A DNA stretch of 64,000 nt from positions 3,536,231 to 3,600,230 of the forward strand of contig CAVNZM010000009.1 in the NCBI GenBank assembly GCA_963693365.1. The letters are read 5' to 3'. Source of the stretch: Amoebidium appalachense (taxonomy: Eukaryota > Protista > Ichthyosporea). The position numbers and the translations under genes were made by a program. Numbering within the stretch: position 1 is the first letter of the stretch; each line of letters opens with the position of its first letter. The notes beneath the pieces were generated by a model, which made no database searches, was not told the DNA's origin, and worked only from the letters and a program-made list of their open reading frames with translations. Below are positions 62,843 through 64,000 of this stretch, piece after piece.

Positions 62843-64000
62843 CACTGTTTTACATTGCCAACTGTTTACATTGGCGACCGCGCAGTTCAAGAATCTCGCA
62901 TCCTTCGAATCTCACATCTTTCAATCAGTTCAAGAATCTCACATCTTTCAATCAGCTCAAGAATCTCCCATGGCCGATCACAATCCTTATTACCCCGATG
63001 ATAGGCACATCTTTCCTTGTCCGGCTTAGAATATATACACCGACAAGTTTGAAGTGGCCAGCCCACCTACACGGAAAGAATTGAAAGCATGTAAAACTTC
63101 TTTTGCTACGACACATCAAAAATGTGAAGAAAAACGAATACACAACGAAACAACGAATACACGAACAAACGAATAAAGAATTGCTAACGAAGCAATGAAC
63201 CAACGAAAAACGAACCATCACGAATACACAATGAAATAAAGAATGAACGACAAACGAATGCATAGAGGAAATACGAAATGAATGCAACACGAAATCAAAA
63301 CGAAGTAACGAATTTATCAAACGACAAAAAACGAAAAACGAAAGCAAAATGAACTGGAAATACGAAAATGCAAGAACGAATGCACAACACTGCTTGGGTT
63401 GCAATGCACACAGCCCCCTCTATGTTAGGAAGAAAATAAAACCGTTGCCCTTGCGTGCATTGCGCTATTGCACACTGTCATCGTGTCCATGCCACCGCAT
63501 GCACCTCCACACTCGCAAGCCAGATGCACGGCCACTTTCAGCACGAATGCATTTAAAGAAGAAGATAGTCGCTGTTCCTATAGCATTGAGGACATAAGGT
63601 GCTGTGAAAGTAGTTTTGCATGCATGCTTCGAATTTCTTGCTGTTTTCGAATACAGCATGCCCCATAGTTTAGCGCACAGGATGCACAACATGCGCATGA
63701 ATGTATGCTGGCATGCCTAAACACATTACGAACATATGCCTCATGTATGGCGGCCCTTCCTGGTGCCACGCCCTAACGAATTTGCACTCTTGGTGCACAA
63801 AAGGCATGTAATAAAGTCGATGCAGAACTTTTGTTCATGCATGTGAAAAACAAAGAAGGTGTTGGGTACGAATTTTAAGGTGAATGCCCGTCTGTGGCAA
63901 TACTGTGTAACATACCAATTACACTGTCAAGCCTTGCACTAGCTGCCGGCACACCCCCACCAGAACAAAAGAATGTGGTATGGGCACCGTTCCCTCACAA

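Larger units (their letters stand above)
62345..64000 (+). mobile_element. 5' part of an LTR retrotransposon (probably Gypsy-type); internal region decayed or non-coding, runs off the window
   Basis: LTR and PBS, then short tandem duplications (62858-62970) and an ACGAA-rich leader (63120-63380). No recognisable gag ORF. Confidence 0.75.

Overview
Intron-rich, repeat-rich eukaryotic genomic DNA, saturated with poly-G/poly-C tracts and (CA)n/(GT)n microsatellites. Most of the short ORFs in the track are microsatellite artefacts. The lineage cannot be assigned from sequence alone; gene content is compatible with a unicellular opisthokont. Host genes: the 3' end of a C2H2 zinc-finger gene, a spliced cAMP-receptor-like GPCR, a multi-exon IFRD gene (minus strand) and a tandem pair of rolling-stone/AIG1-like membrane genes. 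Mobile DNA: a decayed non-LTR-type RT, a pogo/CENP-B HTH pseudogene, and a decayed Gypsy element. The Gypsy hosts a very young Copia (765-bp LTRs that look identical, CAACC TSD, half-tRNA-iMet PBS) and a 290-bp MITE. The 5' LTR and tRNA-Arg PBS of another LTR element lie at the right edge. The most unusual unit is 51309-62344: a six-exon Dada-type DDE transposase gene with an embedded DEDDy 3'-5' exonuclease, bracketed by two identical, hairpin-rich 261-bp direct repeats that contain an Sm-site-like motif. All calls come from reading by eye; no database search or alignment was run.
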